From: Thermoplasmata archaeon
GTDB lineage: Archaea; Thermoplasmatota; Thermoplasmata; Lutacidiplasmatales; UBA184
DNA: 60,834 nt
Direction: 5' to 3'
Assembly: GCA_030039135.1 (NCBI GenBank)
Contig: JASHQN010000098.1
Span: forward strand, 1 to 60,834
Under the pieces are notes generated by a model that did not search any database, was not told where the DNA came from, and saw nothing but the letters and a program-made list of their open reading frames with translations. A program made the translations under genes and the position numbers. Numbering within the stretch: the first letter of the stretch is position 1; each line of letters starts with the position of its first letter. Below are positions 51,403 through 60,354 of the stretch, piece after piece.

Positions 51403-52971
51403 TCACGAGGGCGGGGGGCCCGGGTCGGCCGGGGCGGCAGCGCGATCGAGTTGCTCCCGCAGCTCTCGGTAGGCTCCGGCCAGCGCCGGTCGGAGCTCCG
51501 CGACGCCGAGGTTGCCGGCGGCGCGCAGGGCCCGCCGGGCCCCTTCGAGGTTCCGCGTCTTGAAGCGCAGCCGGGCGAGGTAGAACTCCACCTCGGCTTC
51601 GTCCGCCGGCAAGGCGTAGCGCCGGCACATGTCGAGGGCTCGGCCGAACGCCCGCTCGGCATCGTCCCACTGAGCCTGCTTCTCCGCGATGAGCCCCCGG
51701 TTCACCTCCACCTGCTCGAGGCCGAGGCCATCGTTCAGTCGCTCGAGGAGTCGACCGGCCTGGTCGTTGTCGCGGCTCGCTTCCTCGAGCTGGCCGAGCG
51801 CGAGGCGGAACTCCACGCCCGAGAGGAGGGCGCGGCCCGTCGAACGGGCGTCGTGCGCTCGCTCCCCGAGCTCCCGGGCCCGCTCGAGGTAATCGAGCCC
51901 GTCCTGCGGGTGGGTCTCGCCGACCAGGACCCCGAGGTTGTGGTAGGCCCGGGAGAGCTCGACCCAGTCACCGACCTGACCCAGCCGCTGGATCGCTCGC
52001 TCGTACCAGGTGACCGCCTCCTCGCGGACCTCCGGACCGAGCAGGGCGAACGAATTGCCGATGTCGATCGAGAGGCGGCCGAGAAGCCGCAGGTCCCGCG
52101 CATCCCCGATCGAATCGAGGGAGCGCATGCTCTCGTCAAGCGCGTCGCGGTACGCCCCGCGCTGGAAGGCGAGCCGGCCGAGGAGACGGTAGGTCTGGGC
52201 GCTCCCGAGGCGGTCCCCGACCTGCTCGAAGAGCCGCTGCGCGTCGAGCGCCTGGCGCGTCGCTCCCTCCACATCGAGGTTCTCGCGGGCGACCTCGGCC
52301 CGAGCGAGGAGGAGCCCCGCCCGGATCCGAGGCTCGTCGGCGCCGAGGCGCTCGAGCGCTTTGGTGTAGTAGCGGTCCGCGGAGGAGAAGTTGCCGATCG
52401 AGTAGTAGAGCTCGCCGAGGGCTGCATCGATCTCGGCGAGGTCGTGGCGCCGGTCGCCCGGGAGCGACTCGAGGTCGACCTGAACCCGCTGCAGATGGTG
52501 GGCCGCGGCCTCCGGATCTTCCGACGCCCGTGCGTTCTCGGAGGCGAGACGGTTGTAGATCCGGGATTTCTCGGGGACCTTCCCGAGGAAAAAGTGCCGG
52601 CCGAGTTCGGCGACGACCGCGAGCGGAGGGTTGGGAGAGATCCGCTCCATCGCCTCGGCGATCTTGCGGTGAAGGACCCGCAGTCGGCTCTCGGTCAACG
52701 ACCGGTAGATCCGCGCACGGAACTGCTCCTCGGCGAACCGGAACCGATCCCCGCCGGGGAGCTCGACCAGGACGCCCCGGTGCACCAGGCGCTCGAGCTG
52801 TTCGGCGAGGGTCTCCTCCCCCATCCCTGTCGCGGCCACGAGGAGGGGAAAGTCGAACTCGGAGCCGATCGCGCTCGCGTAGGCCAGGATCCGGTGTTGT
52901 TCGGAGGTGATCTCGGGAAGCCGCGGCTCTCCGGCCACCTCGGCGAGCCCCTCCGCGGGCCCTTCGGGCAT
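51403..52971 (-). CDS. TPR-array protein, paralog of the C-terminal two thirds of the adjacent STAND ATPase (no P-loop)
   Basis: SEQHRILAYASAIGSEFDFPLLVAATGMGEETLAEQLERLVHRGVLVE parallels EAEHRVLTYASLLGREFAFATLAAIAETSEERLTEILDRLVQDGLLRE in the neighbour, and TPR repeats follow. It has its own AT-rich box upstream. Confidence 0.75.
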   Translation of the reverse strand: MPEGPAEGLAEVAGEPRLPEITSEQHRILAYASAIGSEFDFPLLVAATGMGEETLAEQLERLVHRGVLVELPGGDRFRFAEEQFRARIYRSLTESRLRVLHRKIAEAMERISPNPPLAVVAELGRHFFLGKVPEKSRIYNRLASENARASEDPEAAAHHLQRVQVDLESLPGDRRHDLAEIDAALGELYYSIGNFSSADRYYTKALERLGADEPRIRAGLLLARAEVARENLDVEGATRQALDAQRLFEQVGDRLGSAQTYRLLGRLAFQRGAYRDALDESMRSLDSIGDARDLRLLGRLSIDIGNSFALLGPEVREEAVTWYERAIQRLGQVGDWVELSRAYHNLGVLVGETHPQDGLDYLERARELGERAHDARSTGRALLSGVEFRLALGQLEEASRDNDQAGRLLERLNDGLGLEQVEVNRGLIAEKQAQWDDAERAFGRALDMCRRYALPADEAEVEFYLARLRFKTRNLEGARRALRAAGNLGVAELRPALAGAYRELREQLDRAAAPADPGPPPS

Positions 52972-52997
52972 CTCGACGGTTCTAGCGCCGTCGGTCG

Positions 52998-53005
52998 GTT
53001 AAGAC
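52998..53005 (-). promoter_or_regulatory. AT-rich box (plus-strand GTTAAGAC) upstream of the 51403..52971 TPR gene
   Basis: Centred about 30 nt upstream of ATG 52971. Confidence 0.35.
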
Positions 53006-53098
53006 TGTGCTTCGCCGTGCACGACGGCTCGCCGGCGTCGTCCTCGCGCCGCTCGCGGCCCGTAAGGGTTATCTAACGAGGGCCAGGTCGTCGTCGAT

Positions 53099-53359
53099 AT
53101 GGCAGAGGCGGGTTCCGCTCCCGCGGCGGCCCAACCGAGCCGGTTCCGCGAGCTCTCGCTTCCGCGTAAGCTTTCGTTCTGGGGGTTTGCCTCGCTCGTC
53201 GTCCTCGCGGTCGCGTTCTACGTCTGGTGGGGGACCTTCTACGGTGTCTGGATCGACAACGGTGTCTACGCCGTGTTCATCACCCTCTTCTTGTTCGGAC
53301 TGGCCGGGATGTGGCTCGTGCTCCCGAACCCTCCGGTCTCGGCGCCCCCGTCCTCGTGA
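53099..53359 (+). CDS. Small membrane protein (2 predicted TM helices)
   Basis: 86 aa containing FWGFASLVVLAVAFYVWWGTFYGVW and VYAVFITLFLFGLAGMWLVL. An AT-rich box GTTATCTAA lies about 28 nt upstream. Confidence 0.55.
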   Translation: MAEAGSAPAAAQPSRFRELSLPRKLSFWGFASLVVLAVAFYVWWGTFYGVWIDNGVYAVFITLFLFGLAGMWLVLPNPPVSAPPSS

Positions 53360-53375
53360 GCGCGGGCCGGGTCGA

Positions 53376-54803
53376 CTAGAGGGGCCGAGCGGCCACGGCC
53401 CAGCGGGCGGTGGATTTCTCCCCGCAGGCGATGCACCCGCCGATCGGCTCGGTCAGGAAGGGAAGGGGGTCCTCGGGGGTTCCGAGCAGGCTCCCGTCGA
53501 TCGCCGTCTCGATGCGGTGTCCGCACTCCTCGTTCCCGCACCAGGCGATCAGGCGGACGGTCGTGGATCCGGGCAGTTCCTCGAGCGACCGTGCTACCGA
53601 GAACGCGGCCGAGAACTCGGCCTGGGCCCGCGCTCGCAGGGCATCGTCGTACTCCGCGAGGAGTCGCTCGACCTCCGTCTCGAGCCGGTCGAGGGGTACC
53701 GTTCCTTTACGGCCCAGACGATCGGCGGTCGTGACCGACCGCTGCTTCGCCTCGCGAGCGCCGACCTCGAGGCGAAGCGGGACGCCCGCGAGCTCCCAAC
53801 GGTAGTACTTCGATCCCGGGCGTTCTTCGCCGGCATCGAGCCGCACGCGCAGGCCCCGTCGACGCAAGCGATCGGCCACATCGGTCGAGACCGCGAGCGG
53901 AGCGTCGCCTGCGTCGCTCGCCGGTATCGGGATCACGACGACCTGGAACGGGGCGATCGCCGACGGGAACACCACCCCTTTCGCGTCCCCGTGGACCGCC
54001 ACGATCGCCCCGAGGAGGCGCTCGGACAGACCGAACGTCGTTTGGTGGGCGTACCGCTGCTCCCCGTCGACCGTCTCGTACCGGATCCCGTACGGCCGGG
54101 AGAAGTTCTCTCGGTAGTGGTGAATGCTACCGATCTGGAGGGTCCGGGCGCCGCCGATCGGGATGTCGAGCGCGATCGAGTAGAACGCACCGGGAAACTT
54201 GTCCCAATCGGGCCGGCGGATCGCGAGATACGGCAGGGCGAACGCGCGGGCCATCTTCGCGAACGCCGCCCGGTTGGACCGGACCCGTTCGGTCGCCGCC
54301 GCCTCGTCCGCCTGGCAGGTGTGCTCCTCGAAGAAGTGGATCTCCCGAACTCGGAGGAACGGGCGGGTGGTCTTGGTCTCGTAGCGGAACGTGTTGACGA
54401 TCTGGTAGATGTTGAGCGGAAGGTCCCGATGGGATCGCACCCACAGGGCGAACACCGGGTAGATCGCGGTCTCACTGGTCGGACGTAGCACGAGGGGGAC
54501 GTCGAGGTCGGCCACCCCCCCTTTCGTGACCCAGTAGACCTGCGCGTCGAAGCCCTTGATGTGCTCCTTCTCCTTGGAGAACTCGGTCGCGGGGATGAGC
54601 GCCGGGAACTCGGCAGCCTCCGAGCCGGTGGCTTCGATCTCCCGGATGAGCACGGCGTCCAGCTGGAGGCGGGCCTTGAGCCCGTAGGGGGTCCACACGT
54701 TCGCCCCTTTGACCGGATACCGCTTGTCCGTGAGGTGAGCTTCCTCGACGACCGCGAGGTACCACTCCATGAAGGCCGCCTGCTTGTCCGGGAGCTCGAC
54801 CAT
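53376..54803 (-). CDS. proS: Proline--tRNA ligase (archaeal/eukaryotic type)
   Basis: 475 aa starting MVELPDKQAAFMEWY. Class IIa motifs: RPTSETAIY, FRYETKTTRPFLRVREIHFFEEH and GLSERLLGAIV. It has an anticodon-binding domain and a C-terminal zinc domain (WCGNEECG...CIACGE). The start position comes from residue counting in the track ORF. Confidence 0.93.
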   Translation of the reverse strand: MVELPDKQAAFMEWYLAVVEEAHLTDKRYPVKGANVWTPYGLKARLQLDAVLIREIEATGSEAAEFPALIPATEFSKEKEHIKGFDAQVYWVTKGGVADLDVPLVLRPTSETAIYPVFALWVRSHRDLPLNIYQIVNTFRYETKTTRPFLRVREIHFFEEHTCQADEAAATERVRSNRAAFAKMARAFALPYLAIRRPDWDKFPGAFYSIALDIPIGGARTLQIGSIHHYRENFSRPYGIRYETVDGEQRYAHQTTFGLSERLLGAIVAVHGDAKGVVFPSAIAPFQVVVIPIPASDAGDAPLAVSTDVADRLRRRGLRVRLDAGEERPGSKYYRWELAGVPLRLEVGAREAKQRSVTTADRLGRKGTVPLDRLETEVERLLAEYDDALRARAQAEFSAAFSVARSLEELPGSTTVRLIAWCGNEECGHRIETAIDGSLLGTPEDPLPFLTEPIGGCIACGEKSTARWAVAARPL

Positions 54804-54912
54804 CGTTCCGCGGGGAGGGTAGGTCGCAACGTAAAAGCCTGTGCGCCGCGGTCCCCGGCTGCGCGCGCTCGCGCCCGAGACGGCCTCCGCAGGTTCGTCG
54901 GCACAAGGAATT

Positions 54913-56034
54913 ATGCTCCCCGACGGGCATGACATCCGGGCCATGCGCCTCGTCGTCTGCATCGACCGCGACGACGACCTCGGCCGGAAGGCGTCGGTCG
55001 CGGGGCCCGTCGTCGGACGAGAGTCGGTGCTCGATGCCGCGGTGCGGCTCGGCACGGTCGATCCCGAGGATTCGGATACCAACGCGCTGTTCGCGGCCGT
55101 CAACCTCCTGGACGAGCTCCGGGGCGCCGGCGAGGAGTGCGAGGTCTGCGTGCTCACCGGCTCGGGAAAGGTCGGGGTCGTCTCCGACCGTCGGATCGCG
55201 GGGCAGTTCGACGACGTGCTCGGACGGGTCGGGGCGAAGTCGGCGTACTTCGTGAGCGACGGGGCGGAGGACGAGTTCCTCTTCCCGATCCTCGCTTCCC
55301 GCATCAAGGTCGACGGGGTCCGCCGCGTGTACGTCCGCCAGAACGCGAGCATCGAGTCGACGTACTACACGGTCGTCCGCGCGCTCAAGGACCCGAAGCT
55401 CCGGGCGAAGACGGTGCTCCCCGTCGCGCTCGTCCTATTGATCCTCGGGATCGCGGCGGCGAGCGGCGTGCTCCTGTGGGGAGTCATCGGCCTCGCGATC
55501 GTCCTCGGCGTCTACCTGATCTTCTGGACGTTCGACATCGACGAAGCGATCATCGAATCCCTTCGCGGCTCGTCGACCGACATCCGCCAGGGGTCCGTCG
55601 CCTTCGGCTTCGGGCTCTTTGCGATCGCGCTCGTCGGGGTGGGGTTCCTTACGGGGTACGACAGCTACGCCGCGAACGCGGGCGCCGCCCCGCTCGCGCG
55701 GGTGCTGTTCTTCCTGCAGTCGAGCCTGATCTGGTGGTTGTTCGGAGCGCTCGTCTGGGAGAGCGGGCGGGCGATCCGTCGGACCCTCTCCCGCGGCCGG
55801 TTCCCCCGCTCGTTCGTCGTCGCGACGACGTCGATCGTCGGGATCGGGCTGGTGAGCTTCGGGATCCTCTACCTCGTACGCTACCTGCAGGGCGTGAGCG
55901 GCCCCGCTCAGCTGCCGCTCTTGGTCGCTCTCCTCATCGGCGGCTTCGGCCTCGTGATCGGCGCGGGCGCGCTCCAGCAGTACCTGAAGGCACTCCAGGC
56001 GCGCACGGTCCTCGAACCGACCGCTCCCGGCTGA
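54913..56034 (+). CDS. DUF373-like archaeal integral membrane protein
   Basis: Soluble N-domain LVVCIDRDDDLGRKA...DPEDSDTNALF, followed by about 6 TM helices. The start is uncertain (ATG 54913 or 54943; the track start GTG 54841 is unlikely). Confidence 0.75.
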   Translation: MLPDGHDIRAMRLVVCIDRDDDLGRKASVAGPVVGRESVLDAAVRLGTVDPEDSDTNALFAAVNLLDELRGAGEECEVCVLTGSGKVGVVSDRRIAGQFDDVLGRVGAKSAYFVSDGAEDEFLFPILASRIKVDGVRRVYVRQNASIESTYYTVVRALKDPKLRAKTVLPVALVLLILGIAAASGVLLWGVIGLAIVLGVYLIFWTFDIDEAIIESLRGSSTDIRQGSVAFGFGLFAIALVGVGFLTGYDSYAANAGAAPLARVLFFLQSSLIWWLFGALVWESGRAIRRTLSRGRFPRSFVVATTSIVGIGLVSFGILYLVRYLQGVSGPAQLPLLVALLIGGFGLVIGAGALQQYLKALQARTVLEPTAPG

Positions 56035-56053
56035 GCGAGCGTGGGGCGACGGT

Positions 56054-56668
56054 TCAGCCGATCGGCACGTGCGACGCGATCCGCTCGAGATCGGCCCGGC
56101 TGACGTCGAGGCCGCAGCGCTCGCGCAGGGTCGCACGGACCTGATCGAGGCCGCGGCCGGCTTCGGCGGCTCGCTCGGCGAGCGTCGCGAGGTCTTCCCA
56201 ATAGTTCCACGGGAACACGACCCAGACCCACGCATCGCGGGGGATCTCCTCGGCGTAGTAGGTCGGCACGAATTTCGAGTGGGTGATGTGGAGGAACGCC
56301 GCGCTCTCGACGCGTTTCGGGCGCTGCTCGGTCACGTGCCGGACGGCGAGCCCTAGGGAATCGCCCGTGTCGGTGATGTCGTCGACGACGAGGACCGACC
56401 GGCCCGAGACGGGCCCGCTCAGCCCTTCCGTGAGCTCCGCGGCCCCGGTGGGCGTCGCGGTGACCCCCCAGTGCTGCGCGCGCAACGAGATCAAGTGCTT
56501 CACTCCGAGCCGGTCGGCGACGAGCCGGGCCGGTACCCACCCGCCGCGGGTCAGGCCCACGATCGTCTCGGGGATCGCCGCCGCGGCGCGCACCCGCGCG
56601 GCGACCCGATCGGCCCAACCCTCGACGTCCGACCAGGACGCCCGCCGGCACCGCGGCAGGTCGGCCAT
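56054..56668 (-). CDS. Purine phosphoribosyltransferase (Gpt/xanthine-guanine PRT-like)
   Basis: IVGLTRGGWVPARLVADRLG, PRPP motif VLVVDDITDTGDSL, and IPRDAWVWVVFPWN. Confidence 0.85.
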   Translation of the reverse strand: MADLPRCRRASWSDVEGWADRVAARVRAAAAIPETIVGLTRGGWVPARLVADRLGVKHLISLRAQHWGVTATPTGAAELTEGLSGPVSGRSVLVVDDITDTGDSLGLAVRHVTEQRPKRVESAAFLHITHSKFVPTYYAEEIPRDAWVWVVFPWNYWEDLATLAERAAEAGRGLDQVRATLRERCGLDVSRADLERIASHVPIG

Positions 56669-56690
56669 CGACGTCGCGGGCGGGAGCGCC

Positions 56691-57956
56691 CTACGGGTAG
56701 ATGCCGCGGATCTGCATCGCGTCGACGACGCGCTGGATCGCGAGGACGTAGGCGGCGGTCCGGTTGTTGACCTTCCGGTCGAGAGCGACCTTGTGCACGT
56801 CGTTGTACGAACGGACCATGACGCGCTCCAGGCGGGAGTTGACCTCGTCGAGCTCCCAGAAGTACCCCTGGATGTCCTGGGCCCACTCGAAGTAGCTCAC
56901 CGTCACGCCGCCGGCGTTCGCGAGCACATCCGGGAGCACGGCGATCTTCTTCTGAAAGAGGATCGTGTCCGCCTCGGGCACGGTCGGGCCGTTTGCGGCC
57001 TCGGCGACGATCTTTGCCTGGATCTTGTCGGCGTTCTTCTTCGTGATCTGGTTCTCGAGCGCTGCGGGGACGAGGACGTCGACCTTCGCTTCGAGCACCT
57101 CTTCGTTCGAGATCGCTTTCGCTCCCGGGAAGCCCACGACGGAGCCGGTCTTGGTCTTGTGCTCCTCGACGGCGTGGGGATTCAGGCCGTCCGCCTTGTA
57201 GATCCCTCCCTTCGAGTCGGAGAGCGCGACGATCTTCGCCCCTTGCTCGTCGTAGAGCAGCCGGCTCGCGACGCTCCCTGCGTTGCCGAATCCCTGGACC
57301 GCGACCGTCCCGCCCTTCACCCGGACGCCGAGGTCCCTCGCCGCCTCGCGGATGACGTAGGCGCACCCGCGCCCCGTCGCTTCGCCGCGGCCCTCGCTGC
57401 CGCCGAGGCTGATCGGCTTCCCCGTCACGACGCCGGGGACGCTGTAGCCCTTTTGCATCGAGTACGTGTCCATGATCCAGGCCATCGTCTGGCTGTCCGT
57501 GTAGACGTCCGGCGCCGGGATGTCCATCTCGGGTCCGATGATCGGGGCGATCTCGCTCGCGTAGCGCCGGGTGAGCCGCTCGAGCTCCCCGTGCGACATG
57601 TGCTTCGGATCGCAGACGACGCCGCCCTTCGCCCCACCGTACGGGATGTCCACGACCGCACACTTCCAGGTCATCCAGGCCGCGAGCGCGCGGACCTCGT
57701 CGAGCGTCACCTGCGGGTGGTAGCGGATCCCGCCCTTCGTCGGGCCCCGGGCCATGTTGTACTGCACGCGGTAGCCGGTGTAGATCCGGTAGTCCCCACT
57801 ATCCATCCGTACGGGGAAGTGCACGGTCAGCTCTCGCTTCGGCGCCTTGAGCGTGTCGCGAAGGCCTCCGTCCAGGCCGATGAGATCGGCAACGATGTCG
57901 ACTTGCGCTTTGGCCGTTTCGAACGGGTTGATGGTGGAACTGCTTGCCATACTCAA
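56691..57956 (-). CDS. gdhA: Glutamate dehydrogenase
   Basis: PTKGGIRYHP, CAVVDIPYGGAKGGV, GKPISLGGSEGRGEATGRG, VAVQGFGNAG and ANAGGVTVSYFEW. Confidence 0.95.
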   Translation of the reverse strand: MSMASSSTINPFETAKAQVDIVADLIGLDGGLRDTLKAPKRELTVHFPVRMDSGDYRIYTGYRVQYNMARGPTKGGIRYHPQVTLDEVRALAAWMTWKCAVVDIPYGGAKGGVVCDPKHMSHGELERLTRRYASEIAPIIGPEMDIPAPDVYTDSQTMAWIMDTYSMQKGYSVPGVVTGKPISLGGSEGRGEATGRGCAYVIREAARDLGVRVKGGTVAVQGFGNAGSVASRLLYDEQGAKIVALSDSKGGIYKADGLNPHAVEEHKTKTGSVVGFPGAKAISNEEVLEAKVDVLVPAALENQITKKNADKIQAKIVAEAANGPTVPEADTILFQKKIAVLPDVLANAGGVTVSYFEWAQDIQGYFWELDEVNSRLERVMVRSYNDVHKVALDRKVNNRTAAYVLAIQRVVDAMQIRGIYP

Positions 57957-57989
57957 TCCCCTCGCGGGTACCGCCGGACCCGGGAGCCC

Positions 57990-59048
57990 CTACTTGAGCG
58001 TAGCGCGCGCCCTGCCACGGTTCGACGCGGGGTCCGGCGTTAGACGAACACTGGGAGAGCCGCGGGAGCGCTCGAACGGCTGCCAGCCGGCCCGTGGCAT
58101 GGGGACGAGGGCATCCCCGGTCTCCAACCAGGCACCCCGCCCACGCTCGACTCGTCCGATCCGGGTCAGCGCGCCTCCGACTCGTCGCACCGCCCGCTCC
58201 GCGCGTCGCCAGCGCGCGGGGGATAGGGCGACCAGGAGCTCGTAGTCCCCGCCAAAGAACGCGATCGCCCGTCGCGCATCGGCCGAGCGACCCGCCGCCA
58301 CCCCCCGAGCAAGGGGAAGCCGTGCCTCATCGATCCGAACACGCACGCGGCTCGCGGCCGCGAGCAGCCGCGCCGAGTCGGCGAGGCCATCGGAGGTGTC
58401 GAGCATCGCGTGGGCGAATGGGGCGAGGGCCACACCCTCACGAACCCGGGGGCGAACGTCCACGAGTTCGGAAGCCGCACGACGGCGTCGCACACCTCCC
58501 GCCGCGAGGTTCGCCGCAGCCATTCCCCCGCGGCCCACGACGCCGGTGACCGCAAGCCAGTCTCCGGCGCGCGCGCCGGAGCGGGGGACGAGCGCGCGTG
58601 CCGAGCCCCACCCGAGGACGGTGCTCGCGATCGCGCGGACCGGTCCGGGTTTGGTATCCCCGCCCACGATGTGCGCGCCGAATCGTGCGCCGAGCCGTTC
58701 GGCACCCCGGACCACGGCCTCTGGCCAGTCCGAGCGAGTCCCGACCGGCAGGATCAGCCCGATCAGGATCGCGGCCGGCCGCGCGCCCTTCGCGGCCACG
58801 TCCGAGAGGCTCACGGCCGCAGCCGCGGCGCCGACCCGCGCCGGGGGGGAGCCGGGAAGAAAGTGGGTCCCCTCGACCAACAGGTCGGTCGACACGACCG
58901 CGACGTGCCCCCGAGGCGGCCGGATGGCCGCCGCGTCGTCCCCGATGGGGAGGGCCCCCGCGTGGCCGGCCGGAAGCGCTCGGGCGAGCCAGCGGTGGAA
59001 CTCCCGCTCCCGGAGGGCACGGCCCACGGGTCGGTTCCGGCGCGTCAT
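57990..59048 (-). CDS. thiL: Thiamine-monophosphate kinase
   Basis: PIGDDAAAI, VSTDLLVEGTHF, SLSDVAAKGARP and GGDT (AIR-synthase-related fold). Confidence 0.88.
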   Translation of the reverse strand: MTRRNRPVGRALREREFHRWLARALPAGHAGALPIGDDAAAIRPPRGHVAVVSTDLLVEGTHFLPGSPPARVGAAAAAVSLSDVAAKGARPAAILIGLILPVGTRSDWPEAVVRGAERLGARFGAHIVGGDTKPGPVRAIASTVLGWGSARALVPRSGARAGDWLAVTGVVGRGGMAAANLAAGGVRRRRAASELVDVRPRVREGVALAPFAHAMLDTSDGLADSARLLAAASRVRVRIDEARLPLARGVAAGRSADARRAIAFFGGDYELLVALSPARWRRAERAVRRVGGALTRIGRVERGRGAWLETGDALVPMPRAGWQPFERSRGSPSVRLTPDPASNRGRARATLK

Positions 59049-59055
59049 CGGCTGT

Positions 59056-60246
59056 TCACTTGTACGGGACGAACTCCTTGCCGAGCAGTTCGCGGCCCAG
59101 GATGATTCGCATGACGTTGAGCCCTCCCTCCGCGCCCACCAGGTAGGACATGAGGCCGCGTAGGCCGAGCTCTAGGCCGATCTCCTTCGTATAGCCCGCC
59201 GCTCCGAACCACATCATGACGCGCTTGACGCACTCGAACGCGAGCGGGGGGGCGGTGAGCTTTACCGCCGCGACGGCCCGGTCGACCTCGCTGCGGTGCG
59301 ACAGGTCGCCTTTCAGGGTGTACGTATCGAGCAGCCAGGCGGCGCGGCGGCACTGCCACTTGACCGCCTCCACCTGGGTCCAGAGGTCGACCAATTCGAA
59401 TTGGATTCCCTCGAACTTTCCCAAGGGCCGTCCGAATACGGGTCGTTCCTTGATGTACGCCATGCCCGTCTCGAGCGCTCGCTCGGCGGCGCCGACGCAC
59501 GCCGCGGCGACGAACGTCCGGGCGACCGTGAACCCCTCCATGGCGCACTCGAACCCGTTGCCTTCCGTGCCGATCAGGTAGTGGGCCGGCACACGTGCGT
59601 CGTGGTAGGCGAGGCTTCCCGTTGAGATTCCCATCCGGCCCATGTTGTGGAACCGCTGGGTTGCGATTCCTTCCGTGCGCGTGGGAACGTAGAGGAAGTT
59701 GTAGCCTCGAGCGCCGTCCTTGGCGAGCGTCAGATGCCCGCCCCCCAGCGCCTTCGCTTCCTCAACCCCGGATATAAACGACTTCTCCCCACGGACGACG
59801 AACGCCCCTCCGTCTCTCCGGGCGGTCGTCCGCATGGCGGCGAGATCGCTCCCGCCGGTCGGTTCGGTGGTCGCGATGCCGAGGAACGCTTTGCCTTGGC
59901 AGACGGGAGGGAGCACTTCGCGACGCGCCTCGTCCGTCCCGTGGCGGGCGAAGAGGTGGCCCCAGCCGGCCTCGAGCAGGAAGAACACCGCGGTCGCCAT
60001 CGAGGAGTCGCCGCGTCCGATCTCCTCCGCGGCGATCTCCGTGAGGACCGCCGACGCACCCATGCCTCCGAACTCCTCGGGCACGGTCATCGCGAGAAGT
60101 CCTAGGTCGGCCATCGCTGCGAGGACGCTCGCCGGGATCTTTGCGTCCGAGTCGATCTTCGCTTCGTTCGGGCGCAGGGTCCGATCCCCGAACTTGCGTA
60201 CCGCGGCCTGGAACGCCGATTCCTCATCGGAGAAACGGAAATCCAT
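59056..60246 (-). CDS. Acyl-CoA dehydrogenase
   Basis: LGLLAMTVPEEFGGMG, ATTEPTGGSDLAAM, FISG, and the C-terminal catalytic region QWFGAAGYTKE...LRG. Confidence 0.93.
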   Translation of the reverse strand: MDFRFSDEESAFQAAVRKFGDRTLRPNEAKIDSDAKIPASVLAAMADLGLLAMTVPEEFGGMGASAVLTEIAAEEIGRGDSSMATAVFFLLEAGWGHLFARHGTDEARREVLPPVCQGKAFLGIATTEPTGGSDLAAMRTTARRDGGAFVVRGEKSFISGVEEAKALGGGHLTLAKDGARGYNFLYVPTRTEGIATQRFHNMGRMGISTGSLAYHDARVPAHYLIGTEGNGFECAMEGFTVARTFVAAACVGAAERALETGMAYIKERPVFGRPLGKFEGIQFELVDLWTQVEAVKWQCRRAAWLLDTYTLKGDLSHRSEVDRAVAAVKLTAPPLAFECVKRVMMWFGAAGYTKEIGLELGLRGLMSYLVGAEGGLNVMRIILGRELLGKEFVPYK

Positions 60247-60354
60247 GGGAATCCACCCCCGACATGCCCCTAGGATTTAGGCTCGGCGAGGCCGAGACCG
60301 AAACCCTCGAGGAACTCCTTTAAGCCGCCTCCGCTGACCGGCTCGGTGAGCGCC

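Noticed and set aside
49426-54488. Long plus-strand ORFs 49426..50880, 51451..53076 and 53007..54488
   Set aside because: They are antisense to the STAND ATPase, its TPR paralog and proS respectively. Their composition is shadow-ORF-like.
54804-55352. 183-aa N-terminal extension of the proS track ORF
   Set aside because: It overlaps the divergent DUF373-like gene and its intergenic region. The ProRS family N-terminus starts at the internal Met (MVELPDKQ).
56283-58043. 586-aa plus-strand ORF, and the 370-aa minus-strand ORF 56551..57663
   Set aside because: They are antisense or out of frame to gdhA and the phosphoribosyltransferase gene, both of which have complete motif sets.
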